DNA of 64,000 nucleotides. Source: Cytophagales bacterium. Its GTDB lineage: Bacteria; Bacteroidota; Bacteroidia; Cytophagales; Bernardetiaceae. The notes under the pieces were generated by a model, which was given only the letters and a program-made list of their open reading frames with translations, made no database searches and had not been told where the DNA came from. This document shows positions 50,353 to 59,700 of the stretch, piece by piece. The number at the start of each line of letters is the position of its first letter. Position 1 is the stretch's first letter. Made by a program: the position numbers and the translations under genes. The stretch covers positions 62,141 through 126,140 of the forward strand of contig RDZD01000016.1 of the NCBI GenBank assembly GCA_004293815.1. The letters are read 5' to 3'.

Positions 50353-51183
50353 ATGGCTGTTAAAAAAATCAGACCCATCACGCCAGGGCAAAGATTCAGA
50401 GTGGCTCCGTCTTTTGACGATATAACCACAAGAAAACCTGAAAAATCTTTGCTTGAGCCACTCAAAAAAACAGGTGGCCGCAACAATCAAGGGCGTATGA
50501 CGATTCGGAATGTAGGCGGAGGCCACAAACAAATGTACCGAATCATCGACTTCAAACGCGCTAAGCATAATGTAAGCGCAGAGGTAATGACCATAGAATA
50601 CGATCCGAATCGTTCGGCTCGCATCGCTTTGGTCAAGTATGAAGATGGCGAAAAAGCCTATATCATTGCACCAGACGGCCTCAAAGTAGGCATGACGGTG
50701 CGTGCTGGCGCAGGGATTGCACCAGAAGTAGGTAATGCGCTTCCTCTTTCAGACATGCCTATAGGTACGGTCATCCACAACGTGGAGCTTAAGCCTGGCA
50801 GAGGTGGTGCTATGGCACGTAGTGCGGGTACTTATGTACAGCTTGTGGCACGCGATACCAAATATGCTACACTCAAGTTGCCTTCAGGTGAAATGCGTTT
50901 GGTACTAGCTAATTGCTACGCTACCGTGGGATCTGTCTCGAACGCTGATCACATGAACGTCACACTCGGGAAAGCTGGTAGAAATCGCTGGCTTGGCCGC
51001 CGTCCACGTACTCGTCCTGTAGCGATGAACCCAGTAGATCACCCAATGGGTGGTGGCGAAGGTCGCGCATCTGGTGGACACCCTCGCTCTCGCAATGGTC
51101 TTTATGCTAAAGGTTTGAAGACTCGTAACCGTAACAAGTACTCGCAAAAGTTCATTGTTAGCAAACCTAAAGGCAAAAAGTAA
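50353..51183 (+). CDS. rplB: 50S ribosomal protein L2
   Basis: Full-length L2 similarity ([25 protein letters not shown]). Confidence 0.97.
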   Translation: MAVKKIRPITPGQRFRVAPSFDDITTRKPEKSLLEPLKKTGGRNNQGRMTIRNVGGGHKQMYRIIDFKRAKHNVSAEVMTIEYDPNRSARIALVKYEDGEKAYIIAPDGLKVGMTVRAGAGIAPEVGNALPLSDMPIGTVIHNVELKPGRGGAMARSAGTYVQLVARDTKYATLKLPSGEMRLVLANCYATVGSVSNADHMNVTLGKAGRNRWLGRRPRTRPVAMNPVDHPMGGGEGRASGGHPRSRNGLYAKGLKTRNRNKYSQKFIVSKPKGKK

Positions 51184-51210
51184 CCTCCACGCTCTAACTA
51201 CAAAAAATTT

Positions 51211-51492
51211 ATGGCACGTTCCTTAAGAAAAGGCCCATACGTAGATGCTAGACTCGAAGCCAGAGTGCTTGAGTTAAATAAAGCCACCAAAAAGAAAGTT
51301 CTCAAAACTTGGTCTAGGCGCTCCATGATTACGCCCGATTTTATCGGACACACATTTTCTGTACATAACGGTAACAAATTTGTACCTGTCTATGTAACAG
51401 ACACTATGGTTGGACACAAGCTCGGCGAGTTTGCACCAACCCGCAACTTTAGAGGCCACGTAGCCAAAAAAGATAAAAAAGGTAAAAAGTAA
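51211..51492 (+). CDS. rpsS: 30S ribosomal protein S19
   Basis: [12 protein letters not shown]...GHTFSVHNG...[11 protein letters not shown] is canonical S19. Confidence 0.95.
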   Translation: MARSLRKGPYVDARLEARVLELNKATKKKVLKTWSRRSMITPDFIGHTFSVHNGNKFVPVYVTDTMVGHKLGEFAPTRNFRGHVAKKDKKGKK

Positions 51493-51517
51493 ACCGGTCG
51501 TGAAGACCATCTAAAAC

Positions 51518-51970
51518 ATGGAAGCTGTAGCCAAATTACGTAATTTATCCATATCGCCACGCAAAATGCGCCTTGTTACAGACTTGGTGCGTGGCCAGAG
51601 CGTGAAAAAAGCACTAGGCTTGCTCAAATTTGAAGCAAAAGCAGGTGCACCTTACCTCCACAAACTCATCTTGTCGGCAGTAGCAAACTGGCGTGCTCAT
51701 AACCCTTCTGATGAGGCTCTTGTAGAATCTTTGCACATAAAAACTGTATTTGTTGACGGTGGCAAAGTGCTCAAAAGAATGTTGCCTGCTCCACAAGGCC
51801 GCGCCTATCGTATTCGCAAACGCTCGAATCACATTACACTTATAGTAGATGTGCCTGAAAGCGTGCGCGAAGCACAAGATGATGTGCTGAAAGTAGCTAA
51901 CACAATTGCTGCTGAGCAACTTAACAAAACCGAGAATACTACAGAAACCGAAAACCCTAAAGAAAACTAA
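51518..51970 (+). CDS. rplV: 50S ribosomal protein L22 (with a C-terminal extension)
   Basis: L22 core (ISPRKMRLV.DLVRG) plus an extension of about 35 aa. Confidence 0.93.
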   Translation: MEAVAKLRNLSISPRKMRLVTDLVRGQSVKKALGLLKFEAKAGAPYLHKLILSAVANWRAHNPSDEALVESLHIKTVFVDGGKVLKRMLPAPQGRAYRIRKRSNHITLIVDVPESVREAQDDVLKVANTIAAEQLNKTENTTETENPKEN

Positions 51971-51979
51971 CCTCACACT

Positions 51980-52855
51980 ATGGGACAGAAAGTCAATCCT
52001 ACCGGATTACGCCTTGGTATCATTAAAGGTTGGGATTCCAACTGGTACGGAGGACGCGGTTTTGCTGATAAACTGATTGAAGACAGCAAAATTCGCCAAT
52101 ACATACGCACACGTATTCCACGTGGTGCTATCTCTAAAGTAGTTATTGAGCGGACACTAAAGCGCATCACTATCACTATTCACACGGCGCGTCCTGGTGT
52201 GGTGATTGGTAAAGAAGGTGCTGAGGTAGAAAAAATCCGTCAGGAGCTCAACAAAATTACGAGCAAAGATGTTCAAATCAATATCTACGAAGTAAAACGT
52301 CCTGAAATTGATGCTACACTCGTAGCCGAAAACGTGGCGCAGCAGCTTGAAGCTCGTATGTCACACAGAAGAGCTATGAAACAGGCCATCTCTAATGCTA
52401 TGCGCAACGCGCAGGGCATTAAAGTGAAACTGTCGGGTCGTTTGGGTGGCGCAGATATGTCTAGAACTGAAATGTATAAAGAAGGAAGAATTCCACTTCA
52501 CACACTTCGTGCAGACATTGACTACGCTTACACCTTTGCACAAACTGTTTATGGCAAAATTGGTATCAAAGTGTGGATTTGCAAAGGCGAAATCTACGGT
52601 AAACCAGATTTGACTCCTGAGCATGCAGTAGAAAACACTGGTGCACAGAAGCGTCAGGGTGGCAACAACGAACGTGGTGATCGTGGCGAACGCAGCGATC
52701 GCGGTGTGCGCGGTGGTCGCAGCAACGATGATAATCGTAACGAACGCGGTAACAACAACAATAACAACAATCGCGGCAACAACAACCGTGGCGGTAATAA
52801 CCGTGGCGGTGGCCAAGGCGGTAACCGCGGTGGTGGCGGTGGCGGACGCAGATAA
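51980..52855 (+). CDS. rpsC: 30S ribosomal protein S3 with an Asn/Gly/Arg-rich C-terminal tail
   Basis: The S3 KH and C-terminal domains are followed by a ~70-aa low-complexity tail ([48 protein letters not shown]...). Confidence 0.95.
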   Translation: MGQKVNPTGLRLGIIKGWDSNWYGGRGFADKLIEDSKIRQYIRTRIPRGAISKVVIERTLKRITITIHTARPGVVIGKEGAEVEKIRQELNKITSKDVQINIYEVKRPEIDATLVAENVAQQLEARMSHRRAMKQAISNAMRNAQGIKVKLSGRLGGADMSRTEMYKEGRIPLHTLRADIDYAYTFAQTVYGKIGIKVWICKGEIYGKPDLTPEHAVENTGAQKRQGGNNERGDRGERSDRGVRGGRSNDDNRNERGNNNNNNNRGNNNRGGNNRGGGQGGNRGGGGGGRR

Positions 52856-52879
52856 GCCGTTTTGTTTGTAAAATTTAGT

Positions 52880-52925
52880 AAAGAGAAGGTTATTTCCTAG
52901 GAGATAATCTTCTCTTTATCTTTTG
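52880..52925 (+). terminator. Terminator after rpsC
   Basis: Stem aaagagaag / cttctcttt followed by a T-rich tail. Confidence 0.5.
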
Positions 52926-53560
52926 GGTGAGTATACAGCAAACACAAGTTAATATAAAAAGGCATCTGCTTGTTGGATTTCAGAAAAAATGAGTTACCTT
53001 TGCGCCCAAAATATCAAAAGTGCTTTCTTATGAAAAATAAGTAAGTTCACTATACTGTATCATTGAAATGTCTGTCCTAAAACGCACTTTATTTCCGTTT
53101 TTGTCCCTTACACTGGCTGTATGGCTTTTGGTATTGGGTACTACGGGTATTTGCGCTTGGGGGCAGGCCAATGCACATCAGAGGAGTGTAAGCACATTGA
53201 CGGGAGCAGAAGCTAAAGAAAGACAGGGCAAAGAAACAGAGAGCCGTGAGACTTTGGAGCCTTACACTTTTCATTTTTTTAGTTTCAAGATACAGCAAAA
53301 GCAATTATTTTCAGAACCCTTTATTTGGGACTTTTTGAGCGGTTTCAAATTAAAGTTATTTGTTATAGGGCTTGTCAAACACAGTTTTGTGCTTTTTGAG
53401 CAAGTCTGTTTGGCCACTTTACCTCAATTTTTTATTGTTTTTAGATACATCATTTCGGCCAATGCGCCTTAGAGAGTTTTAAGACCTTATTACGGCTTCT
53501 GATTCCTTTTGAAGTCAAAACTTTCTTCTAAAAACATTCTAATTTATTCTATCATCTTCA

Positions 53561-56500
53561 ATGAAAAATAAAGGCTTAATACTGGCCATAACGATTATCG
53601 TTAGTGCCTTGTGCTTATTCTATTTGAGTTTTACGATTGCCTCAAGAATGGCAGATAGCAAAGCTCTTGAGTTTGCTACTGATAAATCTGGCAAAGTAGA
53701 TTTTGAGAAGAAGCAATATTACTTAGATTCTATGTGGAACAAGCCTGCCTATGATTTGGGCTTCGTCTCCTATACACTAAAAGAAGTAAAAGACCAAGAA
53801 ATCGGCTTAGGTCTTGACCTTCAGGGTGGTATGAACTTGACTTTGGAAGTATCACCTGTAGAAATTCTAAAATCTTTGTCGGGTAACTCTAACGACCCAG
53901 ACTTTTTGGAAGCTCTCAAAACTGCTCAAACTGAGCAGAAGACAAGCCAAGAAGGCTTTGTGGAGCTATTCTTCAAGGCTATTGAAGCTAAGAATCCAGC
54001 TAAACTTCGTGATGTATTCGTAAATGCTTCAAATAAAGGACGCTTAGAGTTCAAATCTACCAACGAAGACATCAAAGCCTATATTCGCGAAGAAGTAGAT
54101 GGGGCAGTAGATAGAGCCTTTGATATCATTCGTGCGCGTATTGATAAGTTTGGTGTAACATCACCAAACATTCAGCTCATACCAGGTACTGGTCGTATTC
54201 AAATAGAGCTCCCTGGTGCAAGTAACCCACAGCGTATTCGCAAGCTTGTGCAAGGTGTGGCAAAACTAGAGTTCTACTCTGTTTGGGAAGCTAAAGACTA
54301 TATCCCTGTCATAGAAAGTCTTAACAAAGTATTGCTAGCTAAGCGCGAGAAAAACGGTACAACATCGCCTAACGACACCAGTAAAAAGGCTGATGATCTA
54401 TTTGCTGGCAGCGACAGCAGCAAAAAAACAGACTCAGACGATCTTTTTGCAGATGGCGACAGCAGCAAAAAAACAGATAGTGCCACAGCAAAAGACACCT
54501 CTGCCAAAGCCAAAGCTGACTCTGCGCAGGCAGCTGTAGACGCACAATACTCTGAGCTATATACACTTAACCGCAACCCTTACGGTTTGGCTTATGCTGT
54601 TAAAGACACTACAAAAATCAATAAGATCTTTGCAGATCGTGAAGTGCAGATGGCTATGCCATCGGATTTACAGTTTTTGTGGGCTGTGAAGCCTATTCAA
54701 AATGATCAGCCAAACGCTGAAGCCGTTGTGGAACTTTACGCTATTAGAAAGGGACGCGGCAGCAAGGCTTTATTGGGTGGCGACGTAATTTCAGATGCAC
54801 GCAATGAGTTTGACGAAAAAGGCCGTGCGGTGGTATCTATGCGTATGAACCCAGAGGGTGCTCGTGTTTGGCAGAAAGCTACAGGTGAAAATGTAGGCAA
54901 GCAGATCGCCATTGTACTTGATGACTATGTATATTCTGCTCCTGTGGTTCAAACTGAAATAGCTGGGGGTAACTCACAAATTTCTGGTAACTTCACTGTG
55001 GAAGAAGCCAAAGACTTGGCTAACATTTTGAAGGCTGGTAAGTTGCCTGCTCCTACCCGCATTGTAGAAGAGGCTGTCATTGGTCCTTCTTTGGGTGTGG
55101 AAGCTCAAAATCAAGGTCTGACTTCTACTGTCTTGGCTTTAGCTTTGGTATTGGTATTTGTAATTGCATACTATGCCAAAGGTGGTTTTGTGGCTGACAT
55201 TGCCCTGCTTGTAAACGTATTCTTTACGTTTGGTATCATGGCGCAATTCAATACCGTGCTTACTCTACCTGGTATTGCTGGTATTGCCCTCTCTATTGGT
55301 ATGGCCATTGATGCAAACGTTCTTATCTTTGAGCGTATGCGCGAAGAGCTAGAAAAAGGCCGTAAACTACTTGACGCTATTGAAGACGGTTATGATCGCG
55401 CATTTATCACGATCTTTGACTCAAACATTACAACCATGATTACGGCTGTCTTCTTGTATGTGTTTGGTTCTGGTGCTATCAAAGGCTTTGCTATTACCTT
55501 GATGATTGGTCTGGCCTGCTCATTCTTTACTTCTGTTTGGGTAACTAAATTAATTTTGCACTGGATGACTGCTAAGAAAGGCAATGACAGTACTCTAACG
55601 CTTACCACAGCCATTTCGCGCAACTTGTTCCGTCAGCCTAATTTTGATTTTATAGCTAAGAAAAAGCTTGCTTATATTTTCTCATCATTGATTATAGTGG
55701 TTGGTATGGGCGTAATTGCTTTCAAAGGCTTGAACTTGGGTGTGGACTTCAAAGGTGGTCGCGCTTATGTGGTAGAGTTTTCAGAACCAATAGTCGCTTC
55801 CGAAGTGAAAGTAGACCTAACTAGCGCACTCAATGCGAGCGTAGAGGCTAAAACTTACCAAACTTCAAACAAACTCAAGATTACTACCTCCTACTTGGTG
55901 GATGACGAAACAGAAGATGCTGATGCTAAGGTACAAACCGCTATTTTGAACGGCTTGAAAAAATATAATAGTCTCAAACCTACCATCTTGAGTACTACAA
56001 AAGTAGGATCCACTATTGCCGATGATATTGTCAATGCTTCGCGTGTATCCATGCTGTTGTCTTTGTTGTTTATGTTCATCTATATTATCTTCCGATTCAA
56101 GCGTTGGCAATTTGGTTTGGGTGCTATCGTATCGCTTGCACACAATGCTTTGATTGTTTTGGCTGTTTTTGCCATTCTTTACGCGCTAGGTGTAGGCTTT
56201 GAAATAGACCAAATCTTTGTGGCTGCCATGCTCACCATTATTGGCTATAGTATTAACGATACCATTGTGGTGTTTGACCGTGTTCGCGAGATGATAGAAG
56301 CTAATCCAAAGGAGGATTTAAAAGTGACCATCAATTTAGCCTTGAACGCGACGCTCAGCCGTACAATCATGACAGCCTCTACGACCATCATCGTTATTCT
56401 CATCATGTTGTTCTTTGGTGGTGAAGTACTCAGAGGATTCTCTTTTGCGTTGTTGATAGGTATTATCTTTGGTACTTACTCATCTATTTACATCGCTACT

Positions 56501-56587
56501 CCACTTGTTTTGGATACAAGCCGTCAAGAGTTCGAAAAAATCAGAGAAGGAGCAGAGAAGCCCGCTGATACTACACCTATTGCATAA
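53561..56587 (+). CDS. secDF: Fused protein-export membrane protein SecDF
   Basis: A 1008-aa SecD-SecF fusion, typical of Bacteroidota, with conserved SecD/SecF TM bundles and a large periplasmic P1 head. Confidence 0.92.
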   Translation: MKNKGLILAITIIVSALCLFYLSFTIASRMADSKALEFATDKSGKVDFEKKQYYLDSMWNKPAYDLGFVSYTLKEVKDQEIGLGLDLQGGMNLTLEVSPVEILKSLSGNSNDPDFLEALKTAQTEQKTSQEGFVELFFKAIEAKNPAKLRDVFVNASNKGRLEFKSTNEDIKAYIREEVDGAVDRAFDIIRARIDKFGVTSPNIQLIPGTGRIQIELPGASNPQRIRKLVQGVAKLEFYSVWEAKDYIPVIESLNKVLLAKREKNGTTSPNDTSKKADDLFAGSDSSKKTDSDDLFADGDSSKKTDSATAKDTSAKAKADSAQAAVDAQYSELYTLNRNPYGLAYAVKDTTKINKIFADREVQMAMPSDLQFLWAVKPIQNDQPNAEAVVELYAIRKGRGSKALLGGDVISDARNEFDEKGRAVVSMRMNPEGARVWQKATGENVGKQIAIVLDDYVYSAPVVQTEIAGGNSQISGNFTVEEAKDLANILKAGKLPAPTRIVEEAVIGPSLGVEAQNQGLTSTVLALALVLVFVIAYYAKGGFVADIALLVNVFFTFGIMAQFNTVLTLPGIAGIALSIGMAIDANVLIFERMREELEKGRKLLDAIEDGYDRAFITIFDSNITTMITAVFLYVFGSGAIKGFAITLMIGLACSFFTSVWVTKLILHWMTAKKGNDSTLTLTTAISRNLFRQPNFDFIAKKKLAYIFSSLIIVVGMGVIAFKGLNLGVDFKGGRAYVVEFSEPIVASEVKVDLTSALNASVEAKTYQTSNKLKITTSYLVDDETEDADAKVQTAILNGLKKYNSLKPTILSTTKVGSTIADDIVNASRVSMLLSLLFMFIYIIFRFKRWQFGLGAIVSLAHNALIVLAVFAILYALGVGFEIDQIFVAAMLTIIGYSINDTIVVFDRVREMIEANPKEDLKVTINLALNATLSRTIMTASTTIIVILIMLFFGGEVLRGFSFALLIGIIFGTYSSIYIATPLVLDTSRQEFEKIREGAEKPADTTPIA

Positions 56588-56608
56588 GTCAAGTTAATAT
56601 TTGTGCTT

Positions 56609-56656
56609 TTACAACCCAAAAAGGCTGTTTGAAAAACAGCCTTTTTGGGTTGTATG
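56609..56656 (+). terminator. Strong Rho-independent terminator after secDF
   Basis: A near-perfect stem of about 19 bp (acaacccaaaaaggctgttt / aaacagcctttttgggttgt). Confidence 0.7.
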
Positions 56657-56768
56657 TTAGTAAGGTCTGTAAACCAAAAGCTTGTGTTTGAATACTAATA
56701 AAAAAAGTGTTTACTTTGTTACTCTGTTTCTATAACAAAAAAGCATTTAGGATTTAAATCAGCTATTT

Positions 56769-59700
56769 ATGAATTATTCTTACCAGTCAATACTTAGAAC
56801 AATTTATTTTAAACTGGTTTTTTTTATATCTTTATACTTCTCAGTTTGTTTCAGCTTTGAGCTTTTGGCTCAGAATAGTTTACCCCAAGCACCTTGCTTG
56901 GGCCTTTATCAGGAAAGCAAATGGCAGAGCCTGCCTATAGAAGATTGGCAAACTGATATAACATGTTTTGGTAGCCAGGTAGTCGTTCAACACCAAATTG
57001 TTTTCAAGAACAAAGATAAAGGCATCGCTTTTCCGCAGGCTGGTTTTTATTATACCTTAGCACAGCGCGAAAAACTTATTCGCTTTGAAATGGCAGTTTC
57101 GGCCTCAGCACCTTTTAGAGAGGCTAAAGTTACTTATGAACAGGCCAATCCTTTGTTTTTCAAGCCTGAAATAGCTGACCAGCTTCCCGACTCTTCTCTT
57201 TCTAATGGCACATTTCACCTTCCCACACCAGCCGTTAGTGCTCAGAATGTTCTTAAAATACGGCTTACTATCTTACAAGAGCTTTCTTACAATCCCCTCA
57301 AGAGTTCATGGCATTTGACCGTGCCTTTAAGCCACAAACAAAGGATAAACGACTATGTCCTCCAAATCAAAAATATGCCCACTCAGGTTACACCTGAAAA
57401 AGGTTTTGAAGATTTGTATGTATCAACCTATAGCAATGCCTTTGATGCTATTTTGCGACGCAAAAACTTTACCCCCTCGCAAGATCTTGAATTAGAGCTA
57501 AAATACAGGCCAGAACAACTCTTTAGCACTGGCAGAGGCTTAGTAGAACCCTATACTTTTCTGAGCGGTGCAATAAAGCCGCAGAAAGTAATTCCTAAAC
57601 GCGTTTTACCCAAAAAACTGGCCTTGCTTTGGGACAATTCGCAGTCCTCTCAAAATAAAGACTGGACTCAAGAAATAAAATTTCTTTCAGAGTATTTCAA
57701 GGCACTGAACACCTTTGAGATTGAGCTGATTACTTTTGGACGCTCTTTAAACAAAAGGCAAAAGTTTTCTGTGGTGAATGGACAGGCTCAGGGCTTATTG
57801 GCAGTACTCAATGGGCTTCAATATGACGGAGCGACTGATTTTTCTGCACTTAATGAGCTGCAAACACTCAAAGTAGATGAGCTGATTTTCTGCTCAGATG
57901 GCCTCCAAAGCTATGGTAAAAACCTTATGCGGCTCCCTACTGCCCCTGTATTGTGCCTAACAGCTTCAGAACATCATGACCGAGCCTTTTTGAGCAATTT
58001 GGCTGATAGCACGAATGGACTCTATTTACCTTTATTGCATAGAAGCGAGCAAGCTGCTTTAAATGAGAGCCTAGCACCACGTGTGCGTTTGCTGAGTGCA
58101 TCTTTTGACGAAACTCAACTCTCCTCTTTCTTGCCAAATACGCCTACAGTGGCTGCAGAAGGACATTTCAAACTCTCCGCCAAAATACTAGCTGATAGTA
58201 CTTGGTTGACTTTGCTTTTTGAAGATGACCAAAAGAATCAGTTTTCAGAAAGAATTATGCTCAAAAAGCAAGCTTCTGCTCAAGGATTTTGGGCAGAAAT
58301 CATTTGGTTAGACCATAAAATTTTACAGCTCAGTAAAAATAACAACCAAAACTTTGCCGCCATCAAAGAGCTTTCCTGTCGTTACAATTTTCCTTCTACA
58401 TGGAATGCTTGGATATGGCCAGAAAATATGAACGACTATCTCAGACTTGGCCTTTTGCCACCTGAGGAGTTTAAAGACGAGTACAATAAATATTTAGCCA
58501 CAAAGCAACAAGAGAACATGTGGTTTGCTTTAAGCGATGAAGAACAAAATATTCTGAAGAATAAACGCTTGGAAGCCACCCTTAGACTTCACAAAGCATG
58601 GTACAATGCTAAGTTTCAAACTTCAGAAGAAAGCTCTGGCTTTGATAGGATAAAAACCGCCAATGCAGAGTATTTAAGTGCCATAGAAAGCTTCAAACAA
58701 CTGGATAAGCAATTTATGCTTTCAGATGACATCAATCAAAGTCACCCCACCTATGTCTTAGCATCAACCAAGCCCTCTATGAGCCTGCCCATAGGCACAG
58801 AAAGGCTATTACTCAAGCCTTGGCAACCCAAAGCGGATTATCTAAATATTTTAGGCCAATGCGCTCGTTCTAAGTATGATGACACATACAATCTTTTGAA
58901 AGAAAGTAACCACAACAGTGTAGGTTTTTATGTAGACTGTGCCTTGTTTTTTTGGGAGAAAAGTGAAAAAGATTTAGCTCTTAAAGTGCTCTCCAATCTC
59001 AACGAAATAGCACTCAACAATGCCCGGATTTTAAGGCTAGCTGCTAGTTTGTTAATAGACTTCAAGCAATTCAGTTCAGCTTTAAGCACGTTGGAGCAAG
59101 TGGCGCACACCTACGCTCACGAGCCTCAATCCGACTTAGATTTGGCCAGAGCTTACTCGCTCAACGCACAGCCCGACGCTGCCGTAAACGCTTATTTTCG
59201 TTTGTTGATGCGTCCCACCAGTACTGACAAGCTAGGGCTTAAAGAAATTGCATTAGCAGAGTTAAGTAACAGTTTAAGCCTTGAGGCAGATTCTGTTGAT
59301 GCAAAGCAAATATCAGGTGATTTTTACAGCAATACACCTGTAGACTTGCGCATTGTGGCTCGTTGGAACGATAACCTAGAAGATGTGGACCTCCGTGTTA
59401 TTGATCCCTGGGGCAACACTGTGGGAGACAGCGTCCGTTTTTCGAATATTGGGGGGCGCATAACTTCTGACGTAAAAGGAGATTATGGCGCGGAAGAGTT
59501 TCAGATCAAAAATGCACCCAATGGCGACTACACTGTAGAGCTAAATGCCACCACCTCTCAACTCAAATATAGGCTAGCCCCTACCAATGCACGAGTAGTC
59601 ATATTTACCAATTATGGGCGTAAAAATGAAGAAAGAGAACCTTTTTGGGTCACACTCACAGATAGTACGCCTACGGTACTTGTTTGTAAGTGGAGCGTAG

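Noticed and set aside
52361-52871. ORFs antisense to or overlapping the S3 low-complexity tail (52361..52816 minus, 52641..52871 plus)
   Set aside because: They are produced by the repetitive (AAC)n/(GGY)n DNA encoding the S3 tail. Their translations are pure low complexity (TATVV..., VAVV...).
53068-53472. 134-aa ORF in the rpsC-secDF intergenic region
   Set aside because: There is no upstream ribosome-binding context or motif, and the sequence is partly low-complexity (FFSFKIQQKQLFSEPF...). It might be a real small membrane protein, but the support is too weak to call.
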